Source: Eledone cirrhosa (Eukaryota). From it: a stretch of 64,000 bases of DNA. The notes beneath the pieces are model-generated. The model made no database searches. It worked only from the letters and a program-made list of their open reading frames with translations, and was not told where the DNA came from. How positions within the stretch are numbered: the first letter of the stretch is position 1; each line of letters opens with the position of its first letter. Position numbers and translations under genes: made by a program. The stretch is from positions 211,730,001 to 211,794,000 of the forward strand of contig OZ024742.1 of NCBI GenBank assembly GCA_964016885.1, written 5' to 3'. Of this stretch, positions 1 through 12,384 are shown one piece after another.

Positions 1-1272
1 GTTGTTGTCATCATTGTCATGGTGGTGGTGGTGGTGGTGGTGGTAGTGGTTGTTGTTGTTATCAGTCATGGTGGTGGTGGTAGTGGTTGTTGTTGTCATT
101 GTCATGGTGGTGGTGGTAGTGGTTGTTGTTGTCATTGACATAGTGGTGGTGGTAGTGGTTGTTGTTGTCATCATTGTCATGGTGGTAGTGGTTGTTGTTG
201 TCATTGACATAGTGGTGGTGGTAGTGGTTGTTGTTGTCATCATTGTCATGGTGGTGGTGGTAGTGGTTGTTGTTGTCATTGTCATGGTGGTGGTGGTAGT
301 GGTTGTTGTTGTCATTGTCATGGTGGTGGTGGTAGTGGTTGTTGTTGTCATCATTGTCATGGTGGTGGTGGTAGTGGTTGTTGTTGTCATTGTCATGGTG
401 GTGGTGGTAGTGGTTGTTGTTGTCATTGTCATGGTGGTGGTGGTAGTGGTTGTTGTTGTCATTGTCATGGTGGTGGTGGTAGTGGTTGTTGTTGTCATTG
501 TCATGGTGGTGGTGGTAGTGGTTGTTGTTGTCATTGTCATGGTGGTGGTGGTAGTGGTTGTTGTTGTCATTGTCATGGTGGTGGTGGTAGTGGTTGTTGT
601 TGTCATTGTCATGGTGGTGGTGGTAGTGGTTGTTGTTGTCATTGTCATGGTGGTGGTGGTAGTGGTTGTTGTTGTCATTGTCATGGTGGTGGTGGTAATG
701 GTTGTTGTTGTCATCATTGTCGTGGTGGTGGTGATGGTGGTGGTAGTGGTTGTTGTTGTCATCATTGTCATGGTGGTGGTGATGGTGGTGATGGTGGTGG
801 TGGTGGTAGTGGTTGTTGTTGTCATCATTGTCATGGTGGTGGTGATGGTGGTGATGGTGGTGGTAGTGGTTGTTGTTGTCATCATTGTCATGGTGGTGGT
901 GGTAGTGGTTGTTGTTATCATTGTCATGGTGGTGGTAGTAGTGGTTGTTGTTATCATTGTCATGGTGGTTGTCTATATTGTAGTCATAGTGGTGAGGGTG
1001 GTTGTAGTTGTAGTCATTGTCATTGTTGTCATGCTGGTGGTGGTGGTGGTGGTGGTGGCAGTCATTGTCTTGTCATCATCAGGGTGGTGGTAGTTGTAGT
1101 CATTGTCATTGTTGTCAACATAATCATGGTGATGGTGGTGGGTGTCATTGTAGTCATGGTGATGGTGGTGGTGGTCATTGTATCATCATAGTCATTGTGG
1201 TGAGGGTCGTGGAGGTGGTGGTGGTCATAGTCATTTGTCATTGTTGTCATCATCATCATCAACACCACCACT
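1..1272. repeat. Compound trinucleotide minisatellite (GTG/GTT/GTC/ATT) with ~36-bp higher-order unit
   Basis: Unit gtcatggtggtggtggtagtggttgttgttgtcatt repeated nearly perfectly ~350-700 and degenerating at the ends; the poly-Val ORF is an artefact of it. Confidence 0.95.
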
Positions 1273-1429
1273 TTAACCTTTGTGTGCTAATAGGTGTTGG
1301 AAGGGACTGTCTAACAATATATCAACATTTATCTCATATTTAGTGATCTCATCTTTGAATTTCCCCAAAATGTCAAGATCTAACATAGCTACACCTTCCT
1401 CAGCTTTTCTCTTTTATATGTAACCTCTA

Positions 1430-1576
1430 CTGACAACATAGAGCAATCGTTCACCAACCACTTATTATCTGTGCCCCAACCCTAACCCCAACCAATAATC
1501 CTAATTCTAACCTAACCTTAACCCTAGCCTCAGCTGACAACACAGAGCAATCTTTCACCAAGCACTCATTATCTGT
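1430..1576. repeat. 43-bp imperfect direct repeats flanking a 61-bp telomere-like (CCCTAA-type) tract
   Basis: ctgacaaca(t/c)agagcaatc...ttatctgt at 1430-1472 and 1534-1576; between them cccaaccctaaccccaacc...ctaacctaaccttaaccctagcc. Confidence 0.75.
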
Positions 1577-1665
1577 ACCACTGTAGTCACCTTTCCTAAA
1601 CATATAGGCTGATGCTTGTTAATTCCTAGTCATTCTTTAGCTCATTTGTACTCTGCTTTTCAAGC

Positions 1666-1743
1666 AAGTTAACAGCAAACAGACCATGGTCAGTTGTTAG
1701 GGTTAACCCTAACAACTGACCATGGTCTGTTTGCTGTTAACTT
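1666..1743. repeat. Perfect 78-bp spacerless palindrome centred on TTAGGGTT|AACCCTAA
   Basis: Arms 1666-1704 and 1705-1743 are exact reverse complements. Confidence 0.95.
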
Positions 1744-2119
1744 TAACCCTAACACCTAACCCCAATCTTAAATTCATTTCTCTCCATCGACCTCAGGCTG
1801 TTCTTATCTTACTGCTAGGCTGCATCACATTTCTTACACACACCTTATACAGCCTGTCTTTTGCAAGGAGGACATTTTCTTCAGACTGATTTTTTTAAAC
1901 ATGATAGTGAAGGTAACAATTAACTAAACATTAAAATATAAAATGCCACACTGTCTTTAATATGTAATTTTCTCTCATTTTTTAAATTTACCTTTTTAAA
2001 TAAAAATTTAGATTTTTTAAATAAATTAACATGGATGGTGGATTTAGGGAGAACACAGAATCTGATATTGGAACTTGAACTTAAATAAAAGTTTAATATA
2101 AAACTCTTCTTTGCCCACA

Positions 2120-2460
2120 TATTCCTGAGAGGGTTATGGGGGAAGAGTCCTCAAACACTCCTTCCAGTAGCTCCTGTCAGAAGCAACCGTCTCCAACTGA
2201 TCTAGCTGGATTCCCAAGTGAAACCAGTCAAATTTATGGATGTTATCCAACCATCTTGCTTATGGTCTACCCCTGGGTCTCCTGCTGGTTAGTTTTGCCC
2301 ATAGAATCTGTCCAACGATTCTTTCTTGAAACATTCTATCCATATTCCCATAGTATCAGAGCCGTGATCTTTCAATTCAGAGAAGAAGCAGCTCTACCTG
2401 GAGTGACTCTCTGATCTCCGAGCTACACACTCTACCCATTTCAGCCACTTGGGTAATGAC
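2120..2460 (-). mobile_element. Decayed RTE LINE 3' portion, inverted relative to the adjacent RT fragment
   Basis: Minus-strand translation resembles the RTE C-terminus (...RRPRGRP*ARWLDNI...ASDRSYWK). Confidence 0.7.
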
Positions 2461-3372
2461 TGAAAGAATATTATCACAAATACAAGATTCATGACTATAG
2501 GTAAGGGTTGGCATGAATCCTGAATTGAATGACAATCAAGAGTAATAATCCCAGTTTCCAAAAAAGGAGACAAGAGAGATCGTTCCAATTACAGAGGGAT
2601 CTCCTTTGTTAAGCCTCCCCAGTAAAGTCTATGCTAAGTGTCTGGCAAAGAGATGTATGGAGATTGTCAAGTCTAAGCTGGCTGATGAACAGTGCAGTTT
2701 TTACCCCAGACACAGCACAGCCAACCAGATATTCACACTGTGGCAGGTATTTGAGAAATCGTGGGAGTATTGCCAAGATGTATATTCTTGTTTTGTCAAC
2801 CTTGAAAAGGCATATGACCGCTTTTCTCGGGACATGCTGTAGAAGGTTCTGCAAGAGTATGGGATCGATGGTCAGCTTCTTGCTGCCCTGATGTTCCTAT
2901 AAGAATGCCTGAGTATTTGTGTTTGGATAAATGATGCTAAATCAAAACCATTCAATGTGGAAGTTGGACTCTGCTAAGGGTCGGTACTGTCACTTTTGTT
3001 CATTATTTACATGAACAGGATTGACATGTGCAGCTGGGTTGGAAGTGGTATGATGACAGGCGGGTGTAAAATCAGTCGGCTGGAATTTGCAGATGATATG
3101 GTGTTACTTAACACAACAGAAGGTGATCTCCGACTTGTACTTGATAGGTCTGATGCCAAGTGCTGCATGGCTGGAATGAAAACTGAGACACTTGTCCTCT
3201 CAAGGAAGCCTGTGCAGTGCACTCTACATGTGAATGGAGTTCTACTGAAGCAGGTAGAGAAATTCAAGTATCTTGGGGCCGTGTTCATGAGTGATGGAAG
3301 GCAGGAGGCTGAATTAAGTGCAAGAATTGCAGAAGCTGGTGCAGTAATGCCCCAGCTTCAGCATTCAGAAAT
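2461..3372 (+). mobile_element. Decayed RTE LINE reverse-transcriptase fragment
   Basis: KKGDKRDRSNYRGISL, FVNLEKAYDR, FADDMVL and FKYLG motifs with stops and frameshifts. Confidence 0.9.
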
Positions 3373-4430
3373 ATAAAACAAATTTATTTTCAGCCAAATT
3401 TTATTTTCAGAATCGAATTTTCTTTTTCAGCTTAAAAAATGTTTCCAATTTGACTTTTCCCAAATCAATTTTAGTTTATGAAACATTTTAATTTTATGAA
3501 TTTCAATGATCCTCCTCTTGAAGAACAAAATATTGAATTAAAACCCTCCTTCATGGTTTATATAAATAAAAGACAACAATAAAAACAAAACAAAAAAATA
3601 AGCAAAATGTATAAGAATTAATCTTTTTCATTAAGAAATGTCATTTAAATTTATTAGTTTTATTCATTTCAATATATACTACTCTCCATGATGTAGCAGT
3701 ATCAACAAAGACTTAGAATTTGCTTTAGAGCCAGGAAATATTTTAACCCCTATCAGTTGCTTACCCTTTACAAACCTCGAGTAAAATGCACATTAGAGCA
3801 CTACTCACATCAATGATTGTAATATTTTTCCTTGAACTACCAGACTTTGAATCTCTCTTCAATCTCATTGTTTTCCACTCTGAACTCTTTCAAGTCTAAA
3901 GTAAAATCATTCTTTCATCTTAAATTGTCCTTTTTCATAGTCCCTTACACTAAGTAGCTTCACACCTTGTTTGGGACATTAAAGGAAAAAGACAAGGATG
4001 CTACATCTAAAAGGCCAATCAACTGATTGACGAAGATTAAATTATCAATATGTACAATCTACTGCTGGTTCATGAATGTGCTGTTTCTTCTGTCTGAATC
4101 TTAATTTTATTACAGTGATCTCTGTGCTTCTAACTTCGTTATCTGCATACACTATCCAGCAGTTGCCTCTACCGTATCTCACTCTCCAGACCCCACACTC
4201 AATACTTTGCTCAATCTTTACATCCCCACCTCTAAACTATAACTCCCTGGAGTTCTCTTCCTACATTTTCTCTACAAATGTAAATGTTTCTACAGATCTT
4301 CAAGCTGAAGATCAGCCATATCAATGTCACCAATCTAGCAAATCCTGCAAAGCTCATAGGCTAGCCATTTCTCCTCTGACATCTCTTTAAAAAGCATAAT
4401 ATAAGAAATAGAATCCAAGATTTTACTTAC

Positions 4431-4589
4431 CCACAGTTGCAAAAATGCCAACAGAGGACCAAATGCCTCAAGGATATAAGTGTAATCCCCTCCAGATTTT
4501 GTAATTGTTGTTCCAAGTTCAGCATAACATATTGCTCCAACCATTGACAAAATACCACAAATTCCCCATATTATGAGAGAAAAGCCAAC
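4431..4589 (-). CDS. Internal exon (53 aa, phase 0/0) of an SLC7 / LAT-family amino-acid transporter light chain
   Basis: [53 protein letters not shown] matches the SLC7A5-8 YAELGT..KSGGDY signature; acceptor ttttcacag|GTT with pyrimidine tract and donor TGG|gtaagt. Confidence 0.93.
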
Positions 4590-4624
4590 CTGTGAAAACA
4601 ATGAAAAAATATGAGAAAACTCGC

Positions 4625-4830
4625 CATCATCATCATCATTTAACATTCTTTCTCTTTGCCAGCAAGGGTTTGACAGGTTGTCACAGGCCAAGACGGGTTG
4701 TCACTGGCTCAAGCAGAGCTACTGACTTTTCAAATGGGACAAGGGCCTGCATTTCATTTACATATGTCCTTCCTATTACCAACCACTTTACAGAGTGTAC
4801 TGGGTCTGTTTATCATGTAGATAACTTATA
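4625..4830 (-). mobile_element. Old RTE-derived bipartite SINE tail
   Basis: Reverse complement of the cccagtacactctgtaaagtggttggtaataggaagg motif plus a (GAT)n tail. Confidence 0.65.
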
Positions 4831-6235
4831 CTAGGGAGGTTCTCTTATGTAAAAGTTGACTCTAGTTCCTCATGATAACAGATCAACATTTGTGAATGAA
4901 GGTATTATCCTGAACGTAAATCATATGACAAGGGAATTAATTTTTCTATGCTATTACATTCTGATGTACTTATCAAAACATATATCTTACTAAATACAGC
5001 CAGGACATCATACTTATCTCCTCCTCAAGCTATCCTGAATAGTAGCGAGAGCCCTTCAGTTGAGGCAATAATTAACAACCTCTCTAGTGTTGGTGCAAAA
5101 AACACAGTGCACCCTGTAAGTTGGTTGGGGATAGGAAAGGCAACCCACTGTAAAAACCATGTGAGAAAAGGGTCAAGAGAATTCTTCCGTTCTATCAAGT
5201 GCATGACAACCTCTCTAGTGTTGGTGATCTACATGATAAACATACCCAATATGTGCTGTAAATCGGTTGGTAATAGGGAGGGCATCTAGTCATAGAAAAC
5301 CTGCCAAACAAAGGGTTGGAGGGACTTTTCAATTGTGTTAAAGACATGACAACCTTCCTAGAAAAGGTGCAATGATAAAATGCACTCAGTAAAACAGAAA
5401 TGTTTATAAGCAAAATTTAGGACTCCAGATCATCTGAGAGGTCAGTAGTTCCGATTAAGTATTGACTTAGTCTGTGATGACTCATCCAACCCTTGTTAGC
5501 AGGGAAACAGACATTAAAAGATGATGATGTTGATGTTTTATATATATATATATGTAATAGAAAAAAATGAGAAGTTTCATTTACATATGAAAAATATTTA
5601 TTGTGTATTGCACTGTTTTGTGTGTTTCTGTACTACACACACTATCTATCTATCTATCTAAGATTAAGTGAACAGTTATTGTTTATTCATAGGTGAGCCC
5701 TGATCTAGCAGATCTATCATTAAAGCATTCCAGAGCTATAAATATCCAGTCATTTTTTCCAAAGACCAGTCTAAAAAGAACATTATTCAATGTATGCTGT
5801 CTTTCATGTGATGGCAGCATGCCACTTCAGGATATTTGGTTGCTATTTCAAGTTGATCAAACAACCAACCAGTGGCTCTATTGTTGACCCTTATGTTATA
5901 TTCGCTCAGGTACCAAATAATAGGGGTGGAGGTGGTGGACATTTACTTAAATTCTTATAAGTGGGTGGTGGAATAAACAGCGGTGGTTGGGAAATCGGTA
6001 ATTGTATAGTGAACGTTCATAAGTATGGGAGTAGGGTCGAAAAAATCTGAAAAATTAATTAGGGGTTGGGGTGGGATTATTCAAGGCTTGAAAGTAGTTA
6101 GAGAAAGTGATAGGAAACTGAATTAAATGTCTAAACGTATTTATTTGTGTTTTCCTATCTCAGTTAAGATTCCACCATTGTCTATTCCTGCCTTTTCTCC
6201 CTTCAGGATTTGTAGTATAAATACCAATAATATAA

Positions 6236-6420
6236 TTGTTTCTACTTTAGGCACAAGGCCAGCAATTACCCAGTGCATTACTGGTACTTTATTTTATCGA
6301 CCCCGTAAGGATGAAAGGCAAAGTCAACCTCGGCGGGATTTGAACTCAGATCGTAAAGGGACATAACTATGCTGGAAAGCATGGCGTCCGATCCTCTACC
6401 GATACTGTCAATCCACCAAT
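6236..6420 (-). mobile_element. tRNA-derived SINE with Nin/Deu-like central domain
   Basis: B-box gagttcaaatcc followed by gactttgcctttcatccttacggggtcgataaaataaagtaccagt, shared with copies at 25336, 25531 and 38297. Confidence 0.85.
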
Positions 6421-6670
6421 AATATAATAAAACGTGTGCATGTGAGACATGGCTCCTAGTCAGTCTAAGAGGACAGTTAGCTCTGATTAAATACTGACTT
6501 GGTCTGTAATGACCCACCCACTCCATGCTAGCAGCGAAAAAACAGATGTAAATGATGGTTATGATGACATTGGTGTTGTTGAAATTAACTATTCCTATTG
6601 AGTAAAAAAATATTGACTTCTAATTTAGGCACAAAGCTAGCAAATTTGAGGCAAGGAGAAAGTTGATTAA

Positions 6671-6870
6671 CCCTTTAACATTACGCTATTTACTATTATA
6701 TTTTCATGGTAAAGACTTAATCTTACATAATATTGAATCTATGAAATTTTGATATTATTTATTTTCAGAACAATACCTTAACATCAGTATGAGTGGCCAG
6801 TTACAGCTGGTTTGAACTAAAAAAGGTGAGAGAATTCTAGCCAGATACAACCAATTTAAATGCTAAAGGA
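6671..6870. mobile_element. piggyBac-like MITE
   Basis: TTAA at 6667-6670 and 6871-6874; termini ccctttaacatt ... aatgctaaagga; second family member at 8976-9236. Confidence 0.8.
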
Positions 6871-6981
6871 TTAAATCAACTCCAGTACTTGACTGGTACT
6901 TTATTTTATCAACCCCAGAAGGATGAAAGGCAAAGTTGACCATGGCAGGATATAAACTCAGAATGTAAAGAACCAGAACAG

Positions 6982-7216
6982 ATACCACAATGGCATTTTA
7001 CCTGACACTCTACCAATTCAACCAACCCATACCACAATGGCATTTTACCTGACACTCTACCAATTCAACCAACCCATACCACAATGGCATTTTACCTGAC
7101 ACTCTACCAATTCAACCAACCCATACCACAATGGCATTTTACCTGACACTCTACCAATTCAACCAACCCATACCACAATGGCATTTTACCTGACACTCTA
7201 CCAATTCAACCAATCC
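6982..7216. repeat. 47-bp tandem repeat x5 derived from the SINE head
   Basis: ataccacaatggcattttacctgacactctaccaattcaaccaaccc at 6982, 7029, 7076, 7123 and 7170. Confidence 0.95.
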
Positions 7217-7664
7217 ACCAACTTTCAATTGACTCAAAAAATATTAATCCATTCTCTCATTGAAAGAAATCTACAAAGTAAGACTGATATCGTTTGTGTT
7301 GTTTTCCTTGTATATTTTTATTTTAATGTTTTCTCTTTGTTTCTTTCTTTCTTCCAACTTATTAACTATATTCCAGTTTTATACTTGTTGTGTATATAAA
7401 AACAACAACAACATAAACAAAAATGGAAGCAGAAACTAGAACAGCTACAACAACAGACAATAATCTTACATTCTATTGTTCTAACAGTTTAGTTCTGCAG
7501 CTGTGATGCATTAAAGAATATTATCAGGACTTTGTTAATCCTGAAATGTCTCATTATCAGCTTAAAGTAGCTCACATGACAACTTTATAAAGAAAACACA
7601 TATATGCTTGTCCACACACACACACGCGTGTGCGTGTGCGTGTGTGCGTGTGTGTGTGTGTGTA

Positions 7665-7889
7665 AGGTGGTCATTTTGGTGTCACAATAAAAGGCACCCA
7701 GTACACACAATAAATGTGGTTGGCATCATTAGGAAGGGCATGCAGCTGTAGAAACCAAGCCCAAATCAGTTCTGTATGAGCAAGAAGCAGTCATTTTATC
7801 TGGCTTGTTTCACAATGAGATAACTTAACTTGTCTAGCATGAGCTAGACAAGTTATCGGAAAAATGGATGTTAAAACATGATGATGATA
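7665..7889 (+). mobile_element. RTE-derived bipartite module
   Basis: gcacccagtacac...ttaggaagggcatgcagctgtagaaacc ... ggatgttaaaacatgatgatga. Confidence 0.7.
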
Positions 7890-8029
7890 TAAATATATAA
7901 CTTCAGAAAGCCTAACAACCGCTAACTTCGAAAAACCTGACAACCTATAGATCAGGTGAACACACCAACTAAATTAATTTCATCCTCACCAGAAACCAAG
8001 ATAGAGTGATGGTCGTAAACACAAAGCCC

Positions 8030-10665
8030 CTCCTTGGTAAGGAATGCACCTCTCAACATAACCAAGTAGTCAGTGACTTGCTAATTAAAGCTGGATGAAG
8101 TCGGAGACAGACAGAGGGCAGCATGGAGAAGAAGAAGCCCTCAGCCTGTAACAAATTTAGGGATCTCTTACTTGATGCTTTTGACAAGAAGGAAGAAGAA
8201 ATAGTAACGTTCAATATAGAGAAGCAGTGGGAGTTCCCAAGAGAAAATCTACTGAAGGCCACAAATGAGGTATGTGGCTAGAGCAGAGGTCCATGGAGTA
8301 GAAGAGTGACTTGGTGGTGGAATAGTAGGATGGACCAAACAATTAAGGTAAAAAGATAAGCATGGAAGAATTGGCAAAATGGGAGTTGCAGAGAGCTTTA
8401 CCAAGTATACTTTGCAAAGAGGGCAGCGGAAAGTAAAAATTTATGTGTGTTTTGCGGCATGAGGACCAAAGATGTGAGGTGTTCAGGATCACAAGGCAGT
8501 GTGTCAGGGAAAATAGTGATGTGTGAGAGAAGTGTGTCTGAGATTACAATGGTGCACTTGCCCTCACTGAAACCGAACAGAAGGCAGCATGGAAGTGTCT
8601 GAGAGACTGATGAATGTGGAGAATGTGTGGGAGGAAGATAGCCTGCCCTAGGTGGAGCCTACAGTGGTACTAGTGGTAGAAGTCAGCAGCAGTGTAGTAA
8701 GTAAGGCAATTAAGGACATGAAAAGAGGCAAAGCAGCGGGGCCATCGGGAATAGTTGCTGAAACGATCTAGATTGGTAGGACACACCATTATTATCTATA
8801 TTGTTAACCAAGTAATACAAAATAGCACCATACCTGATGACTGGCATAGCAGCAGCATCGTCAACTGCTACATGGGCAAGGTGATGTGCTAGACAGAGGG
8901 AACTATCGTGGCATCAAACTGATGGACCATGTCATAAAAATTAGTCATTGTACAACTGATTAAGGATTGAATTAACCTTTTAGCATTTAAACCAGCCATA
9001 TCTGGCCAGCATTGTCTCACCTCTTTCTGTTCAAACCAGTCATAACGATCCACTTATACTGATGTTAAGGTATTGTTCTCAAAATCTCAGATTCGATATT
9101 ATGTGAGATAAAGCCTTTAACTGTGAGAATACAATAGTAAATATAGAATAATTGTTTCTACTTTTGGCACAAGGCCAGCAATTACCCAGTGTATTACTGG
9201 TACTTTATTTTATCGACCCCGTAAAATGCTAAAGGGTTAACCTAGATGCGATGCAGTTCAGATTTGTGCCTGGAAAAAGTTCCACGGATGCCCTCTTCCT
9301 TGTGAGGCAACAGCAGAAGTATCTACCTAAAAGCAAATCCCTCTTCTTAGCAGTTGTTGACCTAGAGAAAGCTTTTGACATGGTCCCTCATACTGTAATC
9401 TTGTGGGTACTTAGGAAACTAGGAGTCGAAGAGTGGTTGGTGAGGGCAGTACAAGCCATGTACAGAGGTGCTGTTAGCAAGGTTAAAATTAATAATGACT
9501 ATAGCGAGGAGTTTAGTGTGCAAGTTGGGGTCCACCAAATCTCCATCCTTAACCCTTTCCTGTTTATTATCTTACTATTGGCTATAACAGAAGTGTTTAA
9601 AATAGGTTGTCCTTGGGAACTCCTGTATGCTGATGATCTAACTCTCATAGCTGAATCTATGGCAGAACAAGAGAAAAAATTCCTGACCTGGAAGCATAAC
9701 CTGGAATCAAAAGGTCTTAAAGTCAATCTGACAAAGACTAAAGTCCAAGTAAATAGAAAGGAAAACAAGGCCCAGCCCCCCTCAGGGAAATGTGCCTGCT
9801 CAGTGGGTAGGAGGTTGTGGGTAGAAATTCCATCCTCTGTCCTAAATGCAAACTATGGGTACACAAGAGATGTGATGGGATCTCATGTAGGTTAGCTAAG
9901 AATGTAGGTTTTACATGTGGCCTTAAGTAACAAACGCTCACAGGAAACATGCTATCAAATTCTGGGATGGCTCGGTAGAAGCAGTAGACAGTTTCTGATA
10001 CCAGAGTGATCAAATTAACAGTGGAGGTGGGTGTTTCCAAAAATACAGTAGCCCGACCATGGGATGGAAAAAGTTCAGGGAGCTTCTACCACTGCTAGCT
10101 ATAAAGGTTTTTTTCCCTCAAAATAAAGGGCAGACTGTATGATGCATGTATACAAACAGCAATGTTGCATGGTAGCAAGATCTGGGCTCTGTAGGCAGGG
10201 GACCTGTGAAGATTGGAAAGAAATGAAGCTTGCATGCTTTGATGGATATGTAATAGGAATATACATGAATGGTAAAGCATAAATGAACTGGGAGAGAAAC
10301 TGGGCATAAGAGGGATCAGATCCTTACACCTCTCACAGCCTAACACTCCACCCTTCATCTATGTCCCTATACTCCCACCCTTCACCAGATAAGTGCCCCA
10401 TCCTAGATCCACCTCTCCAATCCCCATGCATTCCCTCATCCTCCAAACCACACTGTAATGTGGTCGTTTTGGTGTCGCAATAAAAAGCACCTAGTCTACA
10501 CTGTAAATGTAGTTGGTGTTAGGAAGGGCATCCAGCCATATAAACCAAACCAGAAAGAGTTCTGTATGAACAAGACATGGTCATTTGATCTAGCTTGTCT
10601 CTCAACAGGACAACTCATCTACCCTATTTTAGCATGGAGAAATGAACGTTAAACAGTGATGCTGA
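8030..10665 (+). mobile_element. Decayed RTE LINE (linker, RT, 3' module)
   Basis: VTWWWN, DLEKAFD and LLYADDL motifs; multiple stops; 3' module at 10455-10665. Confidence 0.9.
8976..9236. mobile_element. piggyBac-like MITE inserted in the RTE ORF, itself carrying a SINE fragment
   Basis: TTAA at 8972-8975 and 9237-9240; termini ccttttagcattt ... aaatgctaaaggg; SINE piece ~9150-9222. Confidence 0.8.
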
Positions 10666-10775
10666 TATATATAAATATATACATACAAAACATATATATA
10701 TATATATATATCTATATACAAAACATATATATTATCATCATCATCATCATCATTATCATGATTTTTATGTCCATA

Positions 10776-12345
10776 AATGTAATTTGGTTGGTTATAAATG
10801 TCACGTGAACAAGTATATTAAATAATGGAATAGAAAGGGCTAAAGCAATAGGCATTGATGAGTTACGAAAACAGAAACAAATTCAAGGTACGTCCTATAT
10901 TCTATCATATATCTCAACACACAACCCAAGAAATGCGGAAGCTTACAACATTATTCACAAGACCATCCCACTATTGAAACAAGACCCAAGAATGAAAAAA
11001 GCCCTTGAAACACACAAAATAATCAAAAGCAAAAGACAACCGAAATCACTAAAAACATTACTCACCAATGCCAAATTACCTACCACAAACCCACAACCAA
11101 CTGTCAAAAAATGTGGTCGCTCTAATTGTGGACACCTGCACTCACCTCATTGAAGGCAACATGTATACATTTCAATCAGGAAACAGAATGACAATTCATC
11201 ACCAACAATTACGAGACCCTACCACAAGACAGATACCACTCAGTGCACATCTAGACATATGCGCAAGTAATAAGACACCCAAATTTCAATCTTCCCATTT
11301 TATCTTTGCGCTGACAATAAAACAGAACAAATACGAATAAATAAGGAAAATATGTTTATTCAAAAATATAGACCAGCATTAAATATAGTTTAATATACAT
11401 TATGTTAACATCATAATATGCTAACCATCCAAACAGACACATATACTCTAACACCTTAACATGCTAACCATTCCCCCCCCACATAACTTCTTCCCCCACT
11501 TCTACTAATGGAATCATTTTCCTACACACACACACACACACACAAATATATATTCTCTCCATCTTAAGATGCTAACCATACTCCCACACACACACACACA
11601 CATAACTCCCTCCCCCATTTCTACTAATAGAATCATCTCCCCCACACACCAACACACAAATAAAAATACATATCTCTACTTTATTTTAATAGAAAGTCTG
11701 AATTTTGACACCCCAGCACATCAGCCATACTCACTGAACCAGAACAATTCTTCCCATCCCTTTTTTCTTGACCATTATCTTTTGTTTGGCACAAAATTCT
11801 CTAAATGGCTACAAAAAATTTCCAAATACGGGTGCGAAATTTAATGTACTTGTTCACGCGACAGTCATAATTTCATTTATAACCAATCAAATTACATTTA
11901 TAAAAAAAACTTTCTTGAGCCACTTTTTTTAAGTAAAAGGAAATTCAAACACAAACTGGTGCGAAAGTTGATGTGCTTATTCACGTGACTGCATCAACCA
12001 ACCAAATTTCACTCATATATGAAAAAACAATCTGAGCCCTCCCCCTTTTTAAAGGCAAATATAATAAGAACTTTGTAACGCGAACTGGTGCGAAATTTAT
12101 TATACTTATTCACATGACAGTCATCAACCAACCAAATTACTTCTCTAAAATCCTAGCATTTCGAGCCAATTTTTTCCATATAAAATAGAAGTAACATTCA
12201 AACACCAACCAGATGCGAGAAAAACTACAAACCCTCCATTCAATTCTACTTTTGAAAAGCACAAGATCTGCGAAACTAGTAAAGGAACCAAATAAACTAT
12301 TTTAAAAAAGACTCCAGTTGCATTTTCGATTTCATCTTTAGTGCA
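10776..12345 (+). mobile_element. 5'-truncated, decayed Penelope-like element (GIY-YIG end, 3' UTR, short inverted 5' arm)
   Basis: IIKSKRQPKSLKTLLTNAK...KKCGRSNCG..C and FIQKYRPALN remnants; 10776-10823 is an inverted copy of ~11839-11900. Confidence 0.75.
11815..12220. repeat. Diverged ~127-bp tandem repeat (3+ units) in the PLE 3' UTR
   Basis: ggtgcgaaa...ttcac(g/a)(c/t)gac...aaccaa.caaatt recurring at ~11832, 11958 and 12087. Confidence 0.8.
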
Positions 12346-12384
12346 GAACTAAATGATAAAGTAGAAAATCAAACTTTCCAGTTG

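Larger units (their letters stand above)
6615..7222 (-). mobile_element. Same SINE family, interrupted by a MITE and with its head tandemly amplified
   Basis: ctggtactttattttatcaaccccagaaggatgaaaggcaaagttgacc at ~6893-6941; SINE end near 6615-6666. Confidence 0.75.

Noticed and set aside
50-1093. 347-aa poly-Val ORF
   Set aside because: Translation of a trinucleotide minisatellite; no splice or domain support.
6982-7216. CRISPR-like regular repeat
   Set aside because: No spacers, eukaryotic context, derived from a SINE head.
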